Shown here: one piece after another, positions 6,917 through 10,205 of the stretch
How the letters are laid out: every line of letters starts with the position of its first letter
How positions within the stretch are numbered: the stretch's first letter is position 1
Source: Candidatus Thorarchaeota archaeon
GTDB taxonomy: Archaea > Asgardarchaeota > Thorarchaeia > Thorarchaeales > Thorarchaeaceae
Direction: 5' to 3'
NCBI GenBank assembly: GCA_016839445.1
Contig: JAEOUG010000152.1
Span: 1-10,205 of the forward strand
DNA: 10,205 nucleotides
The notes under the pieces: generated by a model
Told to the model about the DNA's origin: nothing
What the model saw: only the letters and a program-made list of their open reading frames with translations
Databases searched by the model: none
Translations under genes and position numbers: made by a program

Positions 6917-7204
6917 ATGAGTTGGGAAAAGCACACGAAGAAAATGTCTGATCTGAAGAAGTCGAACACTGACATTGACATGAAAGTCCGCCAGCGGCTC
7001 GAGGAGATGACTGACAAGATGGCAGACAAAGATCTGGCCATCAGTCTGGACTTCCTCATTGACCACCTTCACCTCCACAAGGACAAGAGCGACGCGATTC
7101 AGGAGCTCAAACTGCTTGTCGACCTTATGGAAGGCGTAGAATACGGGGTCATTGCGGACGACACAGACCAGAGTGTCTACGTCTTCTTCACCAAGGCCAC
7201 TTAG
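6917..7204 (+). CDS. Small hypothetical protein (95 aa), possibly winged-helix-like
   Basis: ATG start with a charged, protein-like composition, co-oriented 70 nt downstream of the GTPase and filling the gap before the convergent TPR gene. No family was recognised. Confidence 0.75.
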   Translation: MSWEKHTKKMSDLKKSNTDIDMKVRQRLEEMTDKMADKDLAISLDFLIDHLHLHKDKSDAIQELKLLVDLMEGVEYGVIADDTDQSVYVFFTKAT

Positions 7205-7294
7205 AACACATTGCCTCCAGAACTGCCTTGAGAGGTTGGGCATTGGGCGGCTGCCCCTTGGTAAGGTTGAGTGCTGCGCTACAAGCGTGACAGC

Positions 7295-8197
7295 CTAGTC
7301 AAGTTCCACTCTCTTATGATGTCGTGGATCCTTGGAAGTCTCTTTGGTGATCTCCCACGGCACGAAGTGGCTGAACAGCTCCGTCCTGTACTTCTGGACA
7401 TAGCAGGCCAGGAAGAGGAGAAAGGAGATGAAGGCTCCGACGATCAACGCCACCGCCATATGTGTAGTTGAGTCGACAGCGCCGGAGGTCAGAAGGGGAG
7501 TCAACAGCCAGTAGATACCCAAGATTATTCCAATGTACATCGGACAGGAAACTCTGCACCCGATGGGGACTCCGATTCTGTGACTCAAGTACTGCTCCAG
7601 TGTGAAGTCCTTAACGTAGTAGCCTAGTTTGGCACCAGCTACGGCCGCCTGTGAGAAGGCTTTCTCGGCAAGGGCTCGCTTCCCCATCCTGTAATGGACC
7701 AAACCTAGTTCATTCCATGCCTCATGATAGCATGGGTCGAACTTGAGAGCGCTCTCGAAAGCCTCCTGAGCAGAGTCGAATCGCCTCGCTACAACATAGG
7801 ACTTGCCCAACATGAACCATGCCTTTGGGTTCTCCGGTTCGTCGGTAGACAGCTCTTTCGCGGCTTCAATGGCTCTCTCAACTTGCAGCTGCTCGAGAAG
7901 CTGTTCAATCTCCTTGCGGGAATCCTTGCTCCGCTTCGACTCTCGCGTCTTCTTCGGATTCCGAGCCTCTTCAATATCATGACTGCTGGCTTCGGACAAG
8001 AGGCAGCTTCTGGTCACCGTGTTAGAGCAATCAAGCTCAACATAGATCTCGGAGCCGACTATGGGAATCTCTATGTCAGTCGACGGATCGTAGAGTATCT
8101 CCTTCTTCTTGCCATTCTCCAGTCTCAGGTCGACGCTTGTGAAAGCCCTGTCAGAGTAGACCTTCACTACCTTGCCAACAGCCCTTGGAATCACCAC
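7295..8197 (-). CDS. Tetratricopeptide-repeat protein with an N-terminal beta-rich domain and two C-terminal TM helices
   Basis: TPR consensus units AWFMLGKSY...A.EAFESALKFDP and AWNELGLVHY...A.KAFSQA have AW at aa 126 and 160 (34-aa period), with a degenerate unit before them. Hydrophobic segments lie at aa ~220-238 and ~247-267. Confidence 0.85.
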   Translation of the reverse strand: MVIPRAVGKVVKVYSDRAFTSVDLRLENGKKKEILYDPSTDIEIPIVGSEIYVELDCSNTVTRSCLLSEASSHDIEEARNPKKTRESKRSKDSRKEIEQLLEQLQVERAIEAAKELSTDEPENPKAWFMLGKSYVVARRFDSAQEAFESALKFDPCYHEAWNELGLVHYRMGKRALAEKAFSQAAVAGAKLGYYVKDFTLEQYLSHRIGVPIGCRVSCPMYIGIILGIYWLLTPLLTSGAVDSTTHMAVALIVGAFISFLLFLACYVQKYRTELFSHFVPWEITKETSKDPRHHKRVELD

Positions 8198-8245
8198 GAA
8201 ATCCCACTTCGTAGAGAGCCTGATTTCATCTGATAAGTGTGACGG

Positions 8246-8267
8246 GGAGTGAGGGTCAACTCACTCC
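8246..8267 (-). terminator. Perfect 8-bp stem-loop just downstream of pepF (possible terminator or mRNA stabiliser)
   Basis: On the + strand the sequence is GGAGTGAG-GGTCAA-CTCACTCC, 9 nt past the pepF stop (8277). No U-tract follows, so the function is uncertain. Confidence 0.45.
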
Positions 8268-8276
8268 ATAGGCGGT

Positions 8277-10070
8277 CTAGAGTGTCGCCTCGAAGCCCTT
8301 GACGAACTCCTTGAACTGGTCGATGCCCTTCTGCCAGAACTCCTCTTTGGTGATGTCAAAGCCGATCTCTGCAGCGAGGTCTCGTGGACTCTTGCTCGAA
8401 CCAGCAGCGAGGAGTGCCTTAAGCTTGGGAACAAACTCCTTGCCCAGCTCCTTGTAGAGTCGATACATCGCATAGACAAACAGCTGCGCGTAGACGTACG
8501 GGTAGTTGTAGTAGCGGAAGCCCGGCATGTAGAAGTGTAGCTTGAACGTCCACCACCATTTCATCTCCGGCAGCCACTCGACTGCGTCACCGTACATCTT
8601 GTCTCTGGCTTGCAGCCAAAGCTTCGAAACGTACTCGCCGTCAAGGTGCTTGCCGTCTCTCAGGGCATCGTAGAGCAATGTTTCGAACCAGACCCGCGTG
8701 CTGACCTGGAACGCGGCCTCGCCGAACTCGTCTATTACAGTGGCAAGGACAGCTCGCTTCTCTTCTTTTGTCTTAGCTTCCTCGAGCAACTTATCTGCAA
8801 TCAGGAGTTCCCCGAAAATCGACCCTGTCTCGGCAACGCAATAGCTGATCTGGTAGTTCGTAGGATTCTGGGCGCGAGTACCCAAGTGCGCATGCATCGC
8901 GTGTCCCAGCTCATGCGCCTGAGTGAAGACATCTGACATGATTCCATTGAAGCTCTGCAGGATGTAAGCAGTCTCTCCTTTGTGCCATGTTGCGCAGTAT
9001 GCGCCAGAACGTTTGCCCTTCCTGACAACGGCATCAATGTGCCGCTTCTCGTACATGTCCTTCATCCACTGCCCAACCTCTTCGTCGAACTCGTCGTAAG
9101 CTTGAGTCACAACGGCCTTGGAGTCATCCCACGTGTATTTCCTCTCTGGACTGTCAGGCAGGGGAGCAATAATGTCCCAGTTACCTAGTTTCTTCAAGCC
9201 GAGCACCTTGGCCTTCAGCTTCAGGTAGTCTTGGTAGACGCCAACGTTCTTCTCGATGGTGCTCATCAGGGCATCAACGGTCTCATCGTCGACATCGTTG
9301 ACAACAAGACTTTGAGTCATGGGAGTTTCCCATCCTCGGAGCTTCACCATTTCTAGATGGTCTGAGCAGACAGACCTAAGCGATGTCGCCCAGAGAATCT
9401 CGTCCTGGGCCAGGCCCTGATAGACGGATTCATGGGCCCGCCGTCTCAGATCGCGGTCGGGACTCTGATAGTACTGAATTATCTCTCCATATGGAAGGCT
9501 CTTGACCTCCCCATCGACTTCTAGTTCGAAGGTCCTAGTAGACAGCCAGTCACCCTGAAGGTTTGACCACGCTCTGATTCCGTTCTTGTCCTTGATGATT
9601 GCCATCTCTTCTTGTGCTTCCGATAGCATGTAGGGAATCTGGCGCACCATCTTCTCAAGGTAGTGCTTGTATTCGGCGAGAACAGGATCCTCGACGAGTT
9701 CTGGCTTCTCTTTCAGGAGCTGACCCAGTTCAAGTTCTGCGAATGCAGTCAGCTGATTCACCTGAGTGCTAGAATTCATGAACTGGTTGAACAGCTTGGA
9801 CGCATCTGGGTGCGTCATGTCCGCATCGTAGAACAGGTGTGCGTACGTGAAGGGGCCTTCGTACTCTAGCGTAATCCTATCTACTTCCCTAAGAGTCTCA
9901 AGCACCTGTTTGGCGTCATACTGCGTGATCTTCCCGCGATGCTTCGCGCGGAACTCCTCCGCAACCTTCACCACCGCCTGCATCCTTTCCATTATGTAGG
10001 CGGTGTCATCGAACTCTACAAGTTGTGACAGATCCCAAGTCATCTTCTTCGTGTCTGACATGACAACCAT
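8277..10070 (-). CDS. pepF: Oligoendopeptidase F (peptidase family M3B, zinc metallopeptidase)
   Basis: N-terminal TWDLSQL, RKGKRSGAYC, zinc motif HELGH (8901-8915), downstream AETGSIFGE ligand segment, HFY...YYNYPY and a C-terminal LAAGSSKSPRDL...GFDIT...FWQKG. About 597 aa from ATG 10070 (ATG 10061 is an alternative), which is typical M3B length; the GTG at 10124 is probably too far upstream. Confidence 0.95.
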   Translation of the reverse strand: MVVMSDTKKMTWDLSQLVEFDDTAYIMERMQAVVKVAEEFRAKHRGKITQYDAKQVLETLREVDRITLEYEGPFTYAHLFYDADMTHPDASKLFNQFMNSSTQVNQLTAFAELELGQLLKEKPELVEDPVLAEYKHYLEKMVRQIPYMLSEAQEEMAIIKDKNGIRAWSNLQGDWLSTRTFELEVDGEVKSLPYGEIIQYYQSPDRDLRRRAHESVYQGLAQDEILWATSLRSVCSDHLEMVKLRGWETPMTQSLVVNDVDDETVDALMSTIEKNVGVYQDYLKLKAKVLGLKKLGNWDIIAPLPDSPERKYTWDDSKAVVTQAYDEFDEEVGQWMKDMYEKRHIDAVVRKGKRSGAYCATWHKGETAYILQSFNGIMSDVFTQAHELGHAMHAHLGTRAQNPTNYQISYCVAETGSIFGELLIADKLLEEAKTKEEKRAVLATVIDEFGEAAFQVSTRVWFETLLYDALRDGKHLDGEYVSKLWLQARDKMYGDAVEWLPEMKWWWTFKLHFYMPGFRYYNYPYVYAQLFVYAMYRLYKELGKEFVPKLKALLAAGSSKSPRDLAAEIGFDITKEEFWQKGIDQFKEFVKGFEATL

Positions 10071-10094
10071 CTGTCCGTCCCACAACTCAAGTCC

Positions 10095-10112
10095 CTTAAG
10101 AGTGATGCTTTC
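10095..10112 (-). promoter_or_regulatory. Possible TATA-like promoter for a leaderless pepF transcript
   Basis: The minus strand reads GAAAGCATCACTCTTAAG. CTTAAG (10100-10095) ends about 25 nt upstream of ATG 10070, and there is no clear SD. Confidence 0.35.
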
Positions 10113-10127
10113 TGGATAATCCACAAG

Positions 10128-10205
10128 CTAGAACACACGCTCGAAGAGAATCAAGTCAATCTCATGGTCTTTCCGTTCCAGCCATGGAACTCGCTTGTGG
10201 GCCTC
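10128..10205 (-). CDS. Possible 3' end (partial) of an upstream gene of unknown function
   Basis: The minus-strand frame is open from the window edge and reads EAHKRVPWLERKDHEIDLILFERVF*, ending in TAG like nearly all other genes here. It is too short to assign, and an alternative + strand start exists at ATG 10164. Confidence 0.45.
   Translation of the reverse strand, partial: EAHKRVPWLERKDHEIDLILFERVF

Noticed and set aside
6120-7243. Overlapping ORFs 6120-6383, 6141-6377, 6583-7059, 6594-6899 and 6896-7243
   Set aside because: They overlap the GTPase, its promoter or the 95-aa gene, and their composition is typical of off-frame or antisense readings.
7245-7256. Short GC hairpin GGGC-GGCT-GCCC in the convergent gap 7205-7294
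   Set aside because: A 4-bp stem is expected by chance, and there is no T-tract on either strand.
7271-9869. Alternative ORFs over the TPR and pepF genes (e.g. 7724-8233, 8610-8936, 8982-9188, 9663-9869)
   Set aside because: They are antisense or off-frame shadows of genes with clear family motifs.
10071-10124. 18-aa N-terminal extension of PepF from GTG 10124
   Set aside because: M3B proteins start a few residues before the WDL motif, and this stretch contains a TATA-like element.
10164-10205. Possible + strand gene start (MVFPFQPWNSLVGL) and 6-bp inverted repeat GTTCCA-GCCA-TGGAAC
   Set aside because: Only 14 codons are visible at the window edge. They conflict with the more protein-like minus-strand frame and cannot be resolved without flanking sequence.
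1-10205. tRNA, rRNA, CRISPR array, riboswitch, IS or prophage genes, and genome-wide TAG-to-pyrrolysine recoding
   Set aside because: None was recognisable by eye. Intergenic gaps are short (up to about 220 nt) and lack repeats or cloverleafs, and TAGs coincide with expected protein ends. A covariance-model search was not possible.

Overview
Gene-dense archaeal window, most likely from an Asgard archaeon and plausibly Thorarchaeia. This is an inference from a Rab-like small GTPase, TATA/BRE-type promoters, a GGAGGTGA Shine-Dalgarno site and frequent GTG starts. From left to right it holds: the 3' end of a probable BMP-family substrate-binding protein; a hairpin plus T-tract; a CUT2/nucleoside-type ABC importer (ATPase and two permeases, translationally coupled); a convergent multi-pass membrane protein; a Rab-like GTPase; a 95-aa orphan with a possible winged-helix fold; a membrane-anchored TPR protein; an M3B oligoendopeptidase F; and possibly the 3' end of one more gene. 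Four points stand out. (1) The ABC ATPase has a ~95-aa hydrophobic, probably membrane-spanning insertion inside its first nucleotide-binding domain, and the first permease has about four extra C-terminal TM helices. (2) The GTPase has Rab-family motifs but no prenylation tail, yet its TAG stop is followed in frame by MGSSCICKD. (3) Two TATA boxes sit inside palindromes. (4) Nine of ten called stops are TAG. No rRNA, tRNA, CRISPR array or mobile element was recognised.
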